Made by a program: the position numbers and the translations under genes
Shown here: piece by piece, positions 8,638 to 17,480 of the stretch
Layout of the letters: every line of letters begins with the position of its first letter
How positions within the stretch are numbered: position 1 is the first letter of the stretch
The notes under the pieces: generated by a model
The model's database searches: none
Told to the model about the DNA's origin: nothing
Seen by the model: the letters and a program-made list of their open reading frames with translations, nothing else
NCBI GenBank assembly: GCA_030622545.1
Contig: JAUXGA010000008.1
Coordinates: forward strand, 2,321 to 66,320
Source of the DNA: a bacterium
GTDB lineage: Bacteria; Electryoneota; RPQS01; DYHQ01
Direction: 5' to 3'
DNA length: 64,000 nt

Positions 8638-9048
8638 CTATCGTTGTTTCCCGCCGACTGTCTCAAAGTCCGAGACGATGCTTGCCTCTATATCATCTGC
8701 CGCCGGACATTGTTTCTTGCGATCTTTCAGAATCTCAACAATCCGTTCAGCGTCTTGGGCAACGCGCGGATCTGCGGCGTGAGCGTTCTGGACCCAGCGG
8801 ATGGCATCAAGCACAACCGGAGAGGCATCGGACCCAGCGAGGCGATAGTACACCCAACGGCCTTCCTTGCGACCGTCGATTAGACCCGCATCTCTAAGAA
8901 TTGATAGATGCTTGGAGACGGTAGACGGCGCAAGTCCTGAAAATTCGGTGATTTCACATACACAAAGCTCTCCCGAACGTAGAGCTAATAGCATCCGAAG
9001 ACGGTTCTCGTCCCCAAGAGCACTGGCTATTGATAGAAATTCGCGCAT
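8638..9048 (-). CDS. arsR: ArsR/SmtB family metalloregulator
   Basis: The sequence 'LGDENRLRMLLALRSGELCVCEITEFSGLAPSTVSKHLSILRDAGLI' contains a wHTH and the ELCVC metalloid-binding motif. Confidence 0.85.
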   Translation of the reverse strand: MREFLSIASALGDENRLRMLLALRSGELCVCEITEFSGLAPSTVSKHLSILRDAGLIDGRKEGRWVYYRLAGSDASPVVLDAIRWVQNAHAADPRVAQDAERIVEILKDRKKQCPAADDIEASIVSDFETVGGKQR

Positions 9049-9060
9049 TTCTTATTTCCT

Positions 9061-9082
9061 TATTTCGCCAAATGACGAAATA
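9061..9082. promoter_or_regulatory. Possible operator in front of the minus-strand arsR
   Basis: An inverted repeat TATTTCG-N8-CGAAATA lies 13 nt upstream of the arsR start. Confidence 0.3.
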
Positions 9083-9257
9083 TACGGAAACATTAGGACT
9101 TTGTCAAGAGAGAATCCCGTGGCATACATTTTTTTCGCATCTGTAACGCGGAACCCAGAGGACCAAAGACAGGATACTGAAGTCTTATCCGCTTCCCTAA
9201 TCCACCTGTTTATATTGCACTTACACTGAATCGGAAATCTGCGAAACTTTTACTTGC

Positions 9258-9281
9258 ATATAACCGTTTAAACGGTTATAT
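9258..9281. promoter_or_regulatory. Perfect 24-bp palindrome, probably an ArsR operator overlapping the promoter of the arsR-acr3 operon
   Basis: The palindrome ATATAACCGTTT|AAACGGTTATAT sits between a TTGCAT (-35-like) element and a TATATT (-10-like) element, about 30 nt upstream of the ATG at 9310. Confidence 0.6.
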
Positions 9282-9309
9282 TGATTGTTCAAACCCATGA
9301 GGATAAACA

Positions 9310-9702
9310 ATGCACAATCTTGCCTTATTATTCCGGGCGCTTGCCGATGAAACACGATTGCAGATGCTTGCGCTGATTTTGAAATACGGAGAACTTTGCG
9401 TCTGCGATTTTGAGCATGTTCTCGGCATTACCCAATCGAAAGCTTCCCGACACCTGCGTTATCTGCATAACGCGGGTTTTTTAGAGGATCGGCGCGAAGC
9501 CGTCTGGATACATTACCGCCACTCAGAGAAAATGGATGCTGACCATAAAATAATTCTCGACGCCGCGCATCAGGTTATTGGTGAGAAACGAATGCAAGAG
9601 CTTGAGAAGAAGCTATCGATTTGGCTGAAACAGAAGAGATGTGGCAACGTAAACGCGAAGAATTCTTTTAAAGAGAGAAGCAAGACAAGTGTGCATACAT
9701 GA
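9310..9702 (+). CDS. arsR: ArsR/SmtB family metalloregulator (second copy)
   Basis: The sequence '[48 protein letters not shown]' shows the family signature. The gene overlaps acr3 by 4 nt. Confidence 0.85.
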   Translation: MHNLALLFRALADETRLQMLALILKYGELCVCDFEHVLGITQSKASRHLRYLHNAGFLEDRREAVWIHYRHSEKMDADHKIILDAAHQVIGEKRMQELEKKLSIWLKQKRCGNVNAKNSFKERSKTSVHT

Positions 9703-10763
9703 GTAGCCTTCATCAAAGTGTAGCACGCAGACTTTCTTTTTTTGATCGGTTTCTGACCTTGTGGATTTTTTCTGCTATGGTCGGAGGTGTGGGATTGGGA
9801 TTTCTTTTTCCTGGAATTGTTCCATTTCTCAACCGCTTCAGTGTAGGTACCACATCCATTCCGATTGCGGTGGGTCTTATTCTGATGATGTACCCGCCGC
9901 TGGCCAAGGTGCGCTACGAAGAACTCGGCGAGGTTTTTCGTAACTGGAAAATCCTCGGATTATCACTGATTCAAAACTGGATGCTGGGGCCGATTCTCAT
10001 GTTCTTCCTCGCGCTGATTTTCCTGCACGACTATCCGGAATACATGGTTGGCTTAATTCTGATCGGTCTTGCGCGTTGCATCGCGATGGTGATCGTGTGG
10101 AATGAGCTTGCCGACGGAGACACTGAATACGCGGCGGGGCTGGTCGCTTTCAATTCGATTTTCCAAGTCCTGTTTTATTCGGTTTACGCCTTTGTGTTTA
10201 TCACAATGTTACCCCCTTTGTTTGGCCTTAAAGGAGTGGCGGTTCATATCACCATCGGTCAGATCGCACAGAGCGTTTTCATCTATCTGGGGATTCCGTT
10301 TATCGCAGGATTTCTCACACGGTTTGTGCTGATTCGTTTAAAAGACGAAACATGGTACCATGAGAAATTTATTCCAAAGATCAGCCCGATAACTCTGCTC
10401 GCTCTGCTCTTTACCATTGTGGTGATGTTTTCACTAAAGGGTGATAAAATCTTAACGTTGCCTCTGGATGTGGTGCGTATCGCTGTGCCGCTTCTGATAT
10501 ATTTCGTAGTCATGTTCTTTATATCGTTCCTGATGGGAAAGAAAGTGGGTGCGGATTATCCCAAAACGACTACACTGTTTTTCACTGCTGCATCAAACAA
10601 TTTTGAGTTGGCTATTGCCGTGGCCATTGCAGTTTTCGGAGTGCACTCGAAGGTGGCTTTTGCGGCGGTTATCGGCCCTCTGGTGGAAGTCCCTGTATTG
10701 ATCAGCCTGGTCAATGTAGCCTTGTGGTTGCGGAAAAAATACTTCAATTCTACAACGCCATGA
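9699..10763 (+). CDS. acr3: Arsenite efflux transporter, ACR3 family
   Basis: The segments '[13 protein letters not shown]...[23 protein letters not shown]...[19 protein letters not shown]' are characteristic of Acr3. Confidence 0.9.
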   Translation: MSSLHQSVARRLSFFDRFLTLWIFSAMVGGVGLGFLFPGIVPFLNRFSVGTTSIPIAVGLILMMYPPLAKVRYEELGEVFRNWKILGLSLIQNWMLGPILMFFLALIFLHDYPEYMVGLILIGLARCIAMVIVWNELADGDTEYAAGLVAFNSIFQVLFYSVYAFVFITMLPPLFGLKGVAVHITIGQIAQSVFIYLGIPFIAGFLTRFVLIRLKDETWYHEKFIPKISPITLLALLFTIVVMFSLKGDKILTLPLDVVRIAVPLLIYFVVMFFISFLMGKKVGADYPKTTTLFFTAASNNFELAIAVAIAVFGVHSKVAFAAVIGPLVEVPVLISLVNVALWLRKKYFNSTTP

Positions 10764-10847
10764 ATGGTCGCTCTTTAGCTGAAAAAAGATGTATCAGAAT
10801 GAGGTGTGGGCTATTTATATAATTGCGGTAAGGTGCGCGGAAAAAGT

Positions 10848-12146
10848 ATGAACTGGAAACAAGAATGGAAACCACTGGCATTAATCACAGCCCTATTTCT
10901 TGGCTGTTTCTATTTGCCTGCGGATTCCCTGCGTTTGCCTCCCGTCTTCCTTGAAGCGCTGCATCTGGTGAAATGGTACGCGCGAGAACATGTGCTGCTG
11001 TGCCTCATTCCCGCATTCTTCATTGCCGGGGCGATTTCTGTCTTTATCAGCCAGGCGTCGGTGATGAAATATCTCGGCGCCAAAGCAAACAAGGTACTTG
11101 CTTATGGTGTCGCATCAATATCCGGGACGATTTTAGCCGTTTGTTCGTGCACTGTCCTTCCTCTTTTCGCAGGCATCTACCGAATGGGAGCCGGGCTGGG
11201 ACCGGCAACAGCTTTCCTCTATGCTGGTCCGGCGATAAATGTCCTCGCCATCATTCTGACGATGCGTGTTTTGGGATTCGAACTCGGAATCGCACGCATG
11301 GTCGGAGCGGTAATCTTCAGCATCATCATCGGACTGTTGATGCAGCTTATCTTTCGCAAAGAAGAAATAGACAAGGCGAATGCTCAAGCGGCGATGCCCA
11401 CACCGGAAGTTGCGCGGCCGCTTTGGCAGAATGCTCTCTGGTTTGCTTCAATGGTGGGAATTCTTATCTTTGCTAACTGGGGCAAACCTGATGAAACCGT
11501 CGGCTTCTGGCATGCTGTTTACACTGCGAAATGGTTTATCACCGGAGGCTTCGCCGTGGGGTTTGCGGTGATGCTTTTCAGTTGGTTTGACCTTAAATGG
11601 TCGCATGTCATTCTGGCGAGTCTTCCTGCGATAGTTTTAGCGCTGGCCTTTCCAGCGAACCCGCTGCTAAGCTTTACAGCCGCTGTCATCGGATTGTCTG
11701 TCATCACCAGCATTCACAAGGGCGAGTCCGGAGAATGGTTCAGTTCGACATGGGGATTCACCAAGCAAATCCTTCCGCTATTGCTCATCGGCGTTCTTGC
11801 GGCGGGCTTGTTTTTAGGACGTCCGGGGCATGAAGGTCTGCTTCCGTCCAAATGGATAAGCGCGGCGGTCGGCGGCAACTCGCTCCTTGCCAATTTCTTC
11901 GCATCGGTCATTGGAGCATTCATGTATTTCGCCACGCTCACCGAAGTACCCATCCTGCAGGGTTTGCTGGGAAGCGGGATGGGAAAAGGACCTGCGTTGG
12001 CGCTGCTGTTGGCCGGGCCTGCTCTCAGTTTGCCGAATATGCTCGTCATCCGCAGTGTGATGGGAACGAAGAAAACAGCGGTGTTTGTGGCGCTTGTTGT
12101 TGTGATGGCGACGATGACGGGCATGATATACGGATTCCTTTTTTAA
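10848..12146 (+). CDS. Permease of the UPF0718/ArsP-like family
   Basis: This is a polytopic membrane protein with a 'CSCTVLPLFAG' motif. It is followed by the small redox-active thioredoxin-like gene typical of this family. ATG 10848 is preferred over GTG 10806. Confidence 0.7.
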   Translation: MNWKQEWKPLALITALFLGCFYLPADSLRLPPVFLEALHLVKWYAREHVLLCLIPAFFIAGAISVFISQASVMKYLGAKANKVLAYGVASISGTILAVCSCTVLPLFAGIYRMGAGLGPATAFLYAGPAINVLAIILTMRVLGFELGIARMVGAVIFSIIIGLLMQLIFRKEEIDKANAQAAMPTPEVARPLWQNALWFASMVGILIFANWGKPDETVGFWHAVYTAKWFITGGFAVGFAVMLFSWFDLKWSHVILASLPAIVLALAFPANPLLSFTAAVIGLSVITSIHKGESGEWFSSTWGFTKQILPLLLIGVLAAGLFLGRPGHEGLLPSKWISAAVGGNSLLANFFASVIGAFMYFATLTEVPILQGLLGSGMGKGPALALLLAGPALSLPNMLVIRSVMGTKKTAVFVALVVVMATMTGMIYGFLF

Positions 12147-12160
12147 CTTGGAGAATACCC

Positions 12161-12394
12161 ATGAAAACAATTAAAATTCTGGGCACGGGCTGCCCGAAAT
12201 GCAACAAGCTCGCAAAAAATGCGGAAGCCGCTGTCCATGAACTCGGCTTGGACTGCGAAATCGAAAAAGTCACGGATATCAACGTAATTATGGCTCACGG
12301 CGTGATAATGACTCCGGCGCTTGTGATTGAGGACGAAGTTAAAGTTGTGGGCAAAGTTGCAACGACGGATGAAATCAAAAAGCTGATAGCATAA
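12161..12394 (+). CDS. Small thioredoxin-family redox-active disulfide protein (TM0996/MTH895 type)
   Basis: The 77-aa product begins 'MKTIKILGTGCPKCNKL...'. The gene is embedded in a longer spurious ORF in the track. Confidence 0.8.
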   Translation: MKTIKILGTGCPKCNKLAKNAEAAVHELGLDCEIEKVTDINVIMAHGVIMTPALVIEDEVKVVGKVATTDEIKKLIA

Positions 12395-12415
12395 TTACTC
12401 AGGAGCAGGAACAAC

Positions 12416-12967
12416 ATGAAAGCTAAAACAATTCTAATCACAGCATCTTCCCTTCTTCTTGTGGGAATTCTGGGATTCCTTGTTGTAAGGCAAATGAATC
12501 CCAAATCTGAGGAATCCTGCACGGGAGGTTGCGGTAACTGTGGAGCAATCGCAGATTGTCAAGCGGCAGAAATAGAATCGGAAGCGCCATCGGAATCTGT
12601 AAGCGCAACCGCAAATACAGATGACGTTCCGCATAAAATCATCGCCTATTACTTCTACAGCACGAAAAGATGTGCAACTTGCCTAAAAATCGAAAAGTAC
12701 TCTCACGAGTCCATCGAAAATGGCTTTGCCAATGCGCTGAAGGATGGCCGCTTGGAATGGCGGATGGTGAATACGGATTTCGAAGAGAACGAGCATTTTA
12801 TAGATGACTTCCAGCTCTACACGAAATCACTCATCTTGGTGGAAATGCAAAACGGCAAACAGATCCGATGGAAAAACTGCGAAAAAGTCTGGGAATTGCT
12901 CCATGACAAAGATGCTTTCCAATCTTACGTGCAAAGTGAAGTCCGGGCATTCTTAAAGGAGAGCTAA
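12416..12967 (+). CDS. Membrane-anchored thioredoxin-like protein resembling the ArsF family
   Basis: The protein has an N-terminal TM helix, a Cys cluster 'CTGGCGNCGAIADC' and a Trx-like 'YFYSTKRCATCLKIE'. It is start/stop-coupled to the next gene. The ArsF-like naming is from memory. Confidence 0.5.
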   Translation: MKAKTILITASSLLLVGILGFLVVRQMNPKSEESCTGGCGNCGAIADCQAAEIESEAPSESVSATANTDDVPHKIIAYYFYSTKRCATCLKIEKYSHESIENGFANALKDGRLEWRMVNTDFEENEHFIDDFQLYTKSLILVEMQNGKQIRWKNCEKVWELLHDKDAFQSYVQSEVRAFLKES

Positions 12968-13662
12968 TGGACAGCTTTTTCATCAGCGCCGGTTCCGCGT
13001 TGTGGCTGGGAATCTTAACCGCCATCAGCCCCTGCCCGATGGCGACAAACATCGCGGCGATTTCCTACATCGCACGCGGCGTGGCGAGTCCGCGCCGGGT
13101 TCTGCTGACCGGTCTTTTGTACACGTTAGGGCGAATGGTTGCGTATGTGGTCGTCGGCATGCTCGTGGTATGGAGCATTCTGTCGATTCCGCAGATCTCG
13201 AACAGTCTTCAGAAAATCATGCACCTGTTGTTAGGTCCGGTTTTAATTCTGGCTGGTTTTCTTATTCTTGGTCTGCTCAAAATTCCTACTTCGAGTTCAT
13301 CCGGTCTGAGTGAAAGATTAGGACGGCGAGTGGAAACGTTCGGACTTTGGGGAGCAGGTTTGCTCGGGATAATTTTTGCTCTGACGTTTTGCCCTGTCTC
13401 GGCGGCGCTCTTTTTCGGCAGCTTGATTCCGCTGGCGGTGAAATTCGGTTCGATAGGTTTGATGCCTTCCATTTACGGAATCGGCACCGCTCTGCCCGTA
13501 CTCGTGTTCGCTATTCTGCTGGCGTATGGAGCTCACTCCATTGGCAAACTCTTCCAGCGGCTGTCTCAGTTGGAACGTTGGGCGCGCCGGATTACAGGCA
13601 TCGTCTTTATCGTCATTGGAATCTATCTCTCGCTGACAAATATTTTCGGGATATCGATATAA
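12967..13662 (+). CDS. CcdA/DsbD-like transmembrane protein (ArsG-family-like permease)
   Basis: The protein has about 6 TM helices and 'LTAISPCPMATNIAAISY' (the CcdA-type conserved Cys-Pro). Confidence 0.55.
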   Translation: MDSFFISAGSALWLGILTAISPCPMATNIAAISYIARGVASPRRVLLTGLLYTLGRMVAYVVVGMLVVWSILSIPQISNSLQKIMHLLLGPVLILAGFLILGLLKIPTSSSSGLSERLGRRVETFGLWGAGLLGIIFALTFCPVSAALFFGSLIPLAVKFGSIGLMPSIYGIGTALPVLVFAILLAYGAHSIGKLFQRLSQLERWARRITGIVFIVIGIYLSLTNIFGISI

Positions 13663-13810
13663 TCTTAGAAGTTCCGGCTGGGTTACGCGCGCTGGTTTCA
13701 TCGTTTGGTATACGGGAACCTGCGCTGAACCCGGCTCGGCGAGTCATCAACTCGCCGCGGCATGCGTCCCGCGTGCCCGGTACAGCTTACTTTCATTAAA
13801 CTCCCTAATC

Positions 13811-15229
13811 ATGTTCCGCACATACCCACCACCGAAAGTTGCCAAACTCATTCGCGAGTCCATCGATTCGGAACTTCCCGAACATTTCGATAGGATATTG
13901 ACTCGTTCTATTTTCCGACGCGTTCTTGCGATGGGTTTGCCGTCCATGGCCGGTTTCATGTTGATGATTGTCTATGAAATCGTGGACATGTTCTGGCTGG
14001 CCATGATTGGCCCGGCTCCCGTGGCCGCCGTTACGATCTTCGGCTCTTTCCTCTGGGTGCTCGCGTCATCCAACATGGTTATCGGAGCCGGTAGTGTCGC
14101 CGTCATCAGTCGCCGTTTCGGTGAAGGAGATAAAACTCGCACCGAAAAGTCTATCAAAAATACGTTCCTTCTCAAATTCGGAGCCGGACTCGTCTTTGGT
14201 CTGCCTGCGATATTCGTGTTGAAACCTGTGCTGAAAATCATGGGCGCCGAACCTGATGTGGTGGCGTTCGGTATGTCGTATGGCGTGCTCCAGCTTTGTA
14301 CGCTTGGCTTCGCGCTCATGAGTTTTTCAATCTACACGGCTTTTCGCGGCATCGGCAAGCCCAATACAGCTTTGTTTGTGAGTATCATCGGCACAGGGCT
14401 AAATATGCTGCTCGACCCACTCTTGATTTTTGGCGTGGGTCCCTTTCCAAAATTAGGAGTCTTCGGAGCATCGCTGGCGACATCGATTTCCTATATCACG
14501 GTTGTCTTCATAGGTATGATTTTACTGGCGAGGCAAAAATCACCTGTTCGGGTGAGATGGTTGAAAGCTCCCTGGCCGGCGTTTTCGGAAATGTGGCAAA
14601 TCATACGCATCGGCGCGCCATCGGGAATTAACGATTTCAGTTTTTCATTAGCGCAAATGGTCGCCATTCGTCTCGTCACCAGCTATGGAACCGTGATTAC
14701 TGCCCTTTTCGGCATGAGCAACAAACTTCTCCATTTTGGAGTCTACATTGTCGGAGGACTGGGACTGGGAACCGGAGCACTCATCGGGCAATTTCTCGGA
14801 AGTCGGGAACATCACAAAGCATGGCTCGCCGGCATCCTATCGATTCGTCTGGCCGTTGTGCTCATGTTTGTCTTTATGACTGTCCTACTTGTCTTTGCAC
14901 CTCAGATTGTCCGTGCATTTTTCGGTGAACCTGATATGCTCGAACCGGGCATAGCGATTCTCAGGATTATCGCCCTCGGCATGCCGTTCATCGGACTGCA
15001 CATCGCCTCTGAGGAAGTGTTCATGGGCGCCGGGCAAAATATTCCGCCGATGGTGCTCGGGATTATTTTTGCCTGGCTGGTTATTATTCCTTCAATGTAT
15101 CTATTCGGCAATGTTTTTAACTGGGGACCGAACGGCCTGATGTGGGGTCGCTCTTTTGCGCATGCGCTGGGTGCATTCGCAGCGTTTTGGCTCTTCCGGC
15201 GGGGAACATGGCTGAAGCATCAGCTCTGA
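13811..15229 (+). CDS. MATE family efflux transporter
   Basis: This is a 12-TM protein containing 'LPSMAGFMLMIVYEIVDMFWLAMIG' and 'IIRIGAPSGINDFSFSLAQMV'. Confidence 0.8.
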   Translation: MFRTYPPPKVAKLIRESIDSELPEHFDRILTRSIFRRVLAMGLPSMAGFMLMIVYEIVDMFWLAMIGPAPVAAVTIFGSFLWVLASSNMVIGAGSVAVISRRFGEGDKTRTEKSIKNTFLLKFGAGLVFGLPAIFVLKPVLKIMGAEPDVVAFGMSYGVLQLCTLGFALMSFSIYTAFRGIGKPNTALFVSIIGTGLNMLLDPLLIFGVGPFPKLGVFGASLATSISYITVVFIGMILLARQKSPVRVRWLKAPWPAFSEMWQIIRIGAPSGINDFSFSLAQMVAIRLVTSYGTVITALFGMSNKLLHFGVYIVGGLGLGTGALIGQFLGSREHHKAWLAGILSIRLAVVLMFVFMTVLLVFAPQIVRAFFGEPDMLEPGIAILRIIALGMPFIGLHIASEEVFMGAGQNIPPMVLGIIFAWLVIIPSMYLFGNVFNWGPNGLMWGRSFAHALGAFAAFWLFRRGTWLKHQL

Positions 15230-15245
15230 AAGTAAGGAGACTGTC

Positions 15246-15995
15246 ATGAGTTCTATTCAGATTTCTACGGGCGGCGGGATCGCAACAGTGACTTTGAATA
15301 GGGGGAAGGTGAACGCACTCAATGAATCTATGGTGGAAGAAATCCGGAGCTGCTTCGAAGAGCTGAGAAATGATCAAGCTGTCCGTGCAATCATCTTAAC
15401 GGGTCAAGGGAAATTCTTCGCTTTCGGTTTTGACATCCCCGAATTTTTAAGTTATTCAAAGGATGCTTTCATCAGGTATTTGACGAAATTCACGGCTCTT
15501 TACACGTATGTATTTCTGCTGCCGAAACCGATCATCGCCGCGTTAAACGGCCATACCATCGCCGGAGGCTGCATGCTTGCTTTAGCCTGTGACTACCGGA
15601 TTATGGTTTCGGAAAAAGCAAAGATTTCGTTAAACGAAATCGCTTTCGGCTCGTCGGTTTTTGCCGGATGTGTCGAAATGCTTAAATTTTGTGCAGGCTC
15701 AAGGAACGCCCAAAAGGTTCTTTACAGCGGCGCTATGTTTTCTGCTGAGGAAGCGAAACAGTTGGGGCTCATTGATTTGACAGCATCGCAAGACATGCTT
15801 GATGATGAAGCACGCAAAGTCGCTGAGGATTTCGCTCAGAAAGACAGTGCGGCCTTCCGCAGCATTAAGACGCTCCTTCGCAAACCTGTTGCTGAAGAGA
15901 TGATCCCGAGGGAAAGGAATTCTGTCCACGAATTCGCCGATATCTGGTACTCGGAAAAGACATGGAAGAACCTTCAGGAAATAAGGATCTGGTAG
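15246..15995 (+). CDS. Enoyl-CoA hydratase/isomerase family protein
   Basis: The segments 'ATVTLNRGKVNALN...RAIILTGQGKFFAFGFDI...PIIAALNGHTIAGGCMLALACDYRI' are present. The last three codons and the stop lie inside the MITE-like repeat. Confidence 0.85.
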   Translation: MSSIQISTGGGIATVTLNRGKVNALNESMVEEIRSCFEELRNDQAVRAIILTGQGKFFAFGFDIPEFLSYSKDAFIRYLTKFTALYTYVFLLPKPIIAALNGHTIAGGCMLALACDYRIMVSEKAKISLNEIAFGSSVFAGCVEMLKFCAGSRNAQKVLYSGAMFSAEEAKQLGLIDLTASQDMLDDEARKVAEDFAQKDSAAFRSIKTLLRKPVAEEMIPRERNSVHEFADIWYSEKTWKNLQEIRIW

Positions 15996-16151
15996 TGCCG
16001 CACGGCAGTGCGCTCCCGAATCGCAATGGTCATGAAAGGATTGGGTGGGTCACAGACCACAACTGTCGCAAAGTTTTGTTCACTGGTGAAAAGAGTGTTT
16101 TCCCTGTCGTATCGACTACTCAAGCGCACTGCCGTGCGGCACTACCAGACC
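15986..16151. mobile_element. MITE-like element, copy 1 (166 bp, ~28-bp terminal inverted repeats)
   Basis: The ends are 'gatctggtagtgccgcacggcagtgcgc' ... 'gcgcactgccgtgcggcactaccagacc'. The core is roughly 85-90% identical by eye to the reverse complement of the core at 61047-61212. Confidence 0.75.
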
Positions 16152-16179
16152 ATGCTTTTATTCTATGGGTTAAAACACT

Positions 16180-16995
16180 ATGGATCTAAATAATGCTGTC
16201 TTTCTCGATACGTTTGAATCCGCATTTTCTCTGCTGCCCGAAGTGCCGGGGAAACTTGCGCACTTAACGATTCCCGGTATTCACGGACGTGTCATGCCGC
16301 TTTCTCATTTTTTTGCTAACATCGTCAGCGGAGCGACATTGACTTCAGAAAATGCTGACGAAACCATTCAACGAGTCATCGAATTCTATAGAGATCAGCA
16401 GAAAACTTTTAGCTGGGCTATCGGGCCTCGCACAACTCCGACTGACCTTGGCCAGCGCCTCAGCGTGGCGGGATTCGAAAAAGTAATAGAAATGGCGGGG
16501 ATGGTTCTAACTGATTTGACCACTCCAATTCGCATCAACCCCGCGGTGAAAATCCGGGAAGCGACTGCTGATGACATCCCTGCAGTCAGCCAGACAATGG
16601 CTCATGGATTTCCGATCCCTGAAGATTTTGCGCAACTGTTTACTGATATTCTCTTCAAGGTCCGCAGCCAATTGAAAACACGTCTCTATCTGGCCTTTGT
16701 AGATGACTCGGACGAACCTGTTGGTACGAGCACAACAGTCTATCTTCCCAATCAACCGATCATAAGACTGGCAGGTGCTGCGACGCTCGAAGAACATCGC
16801 GGCAAAGGAATCTACAGCAGCCTGATGGCGCGCCGTCTGGCCGATGCGCACAAAGACGGTATGAAAGCGGCGGTCATTGAAGCGAAGCTTACCACGTCAG
16901 CGCCGGTGTGTCGAAAACTCGGTTTCACTGAAATCTGCAATATGGAAATGTTCACATGGAATCTCGAATCCACAGGAATTGAAGAACGACAATAA
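16180..16995 (+). CDS. GNAT family N-acetyltransferase
   Basis: The C-terminal 'LEEHRGKGIYSSLMARRLADA' is the acetyl-CoA-binding motif A. Confidence 0.7.
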   Translation: MDLNNAVFLDTFESAFSLLPEVPGKLAHLTIPGIHGRVMPLSHFFANIVSGATLTSENADETIQRVIEFYRDQQKTFSWAIGPRTTPTDLGQRLSVAGFEKVIEMAGMVLTDLTTPIRINPAVKIREATADDIPAVSQTMAHGFPIPEDFAQLFTDILFKVRSQLKTRLYLAFVDDSDEPVGTSTTVYLPNQPIIRLAGAATLEEHRGKGIYSSLMARRLADAHKDGMKAAVIEAKLTTSAPVCRKLGFTEICNMEMFTWNLESTGIEERQ

Positions 16996-17028
16996 CGAAC
17001 AGTCCGCTCGATCTACACCATCTAAAAA

Positions 17029-17376
17029 ATGAACATCGTAAAACTCAAACAGGGCGAAACCTATCAACCTGATCCGGGATGGAAACGGGTCAGCCTCGCG
17101 GGAAGTGAAAATGTTTCCATCGAATATTTCGAAAAACCTCCCGGGCATACGTCTCCTCTGCATCAGCACACCAACGAACAGGTTTGCATTGTCATCCGAG
17201 GACAAATGACCGTGGTGAATGAAGCGGGTGACACCGATAAACTCGGCCCCGGTGATTCGGTCTGGTTTGCTTCGAATGAACCTCATCGCGTGGAAAATTC
17301 CGGAACAGAACTCGCGGTAGGTATCGACATTTTCTCTCCGGGGCGAGATTTCGATTTCTGGACTAAGAGGAAATAG
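17029..17376 (+). CDS. Cupin domain protein
   Basis: The sequence 'PGHTSPLHQHTNEQVCIVIRGQM...GDSVWFASNEPHRVEN' carries the two cupin His motifs. Confidence 0.8.
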   Translation: MNIVKLKQGETYQPDPGWKRVSLAGSENVSIEYFEKPPGHTSPLHQHTNEQVCIVIRGQMTVVNEAGDTDKLGPGDSVWFASNEPHRVENSGTELAVGIDIFSPGRDFDFWTKRK

Positions 17377-17409
17377 TACTCCCCTTTATCCCTCCGCAGG
17401 CAGGGGGAA

Positions 17410-17445
17410 ATAAAAAAGGCGACAGACTTGTACTTCAAGTCTGTC
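17410..17445 (-). terminator. Rho-independent terminator of the alcohol dehydrogenase gene
   Basis: A 10-bp stem 'gacagacttg' / 'caagtctgtc' is followed on the minus strand by 'gccttttttattt'. Confidence 0.65.
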
Positions 17446-17480
17446 ACCTATCGAGGTTTGTTTAAAGGAATCAATTATTC

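Noticed and set aside
15962-16193. ORFs inside the MITE copies (also 60928-61203) encode similar peptides ('PHGSALPNR.GHER.GWVTD.NCRKVL...').
   Set aside because: The similarity simply reflects the DNA repeat. Most differences between the copies are non-synonymous (7 aa changes in ~51). There is no RBS, and the frames run through the terminal inverted repeats.
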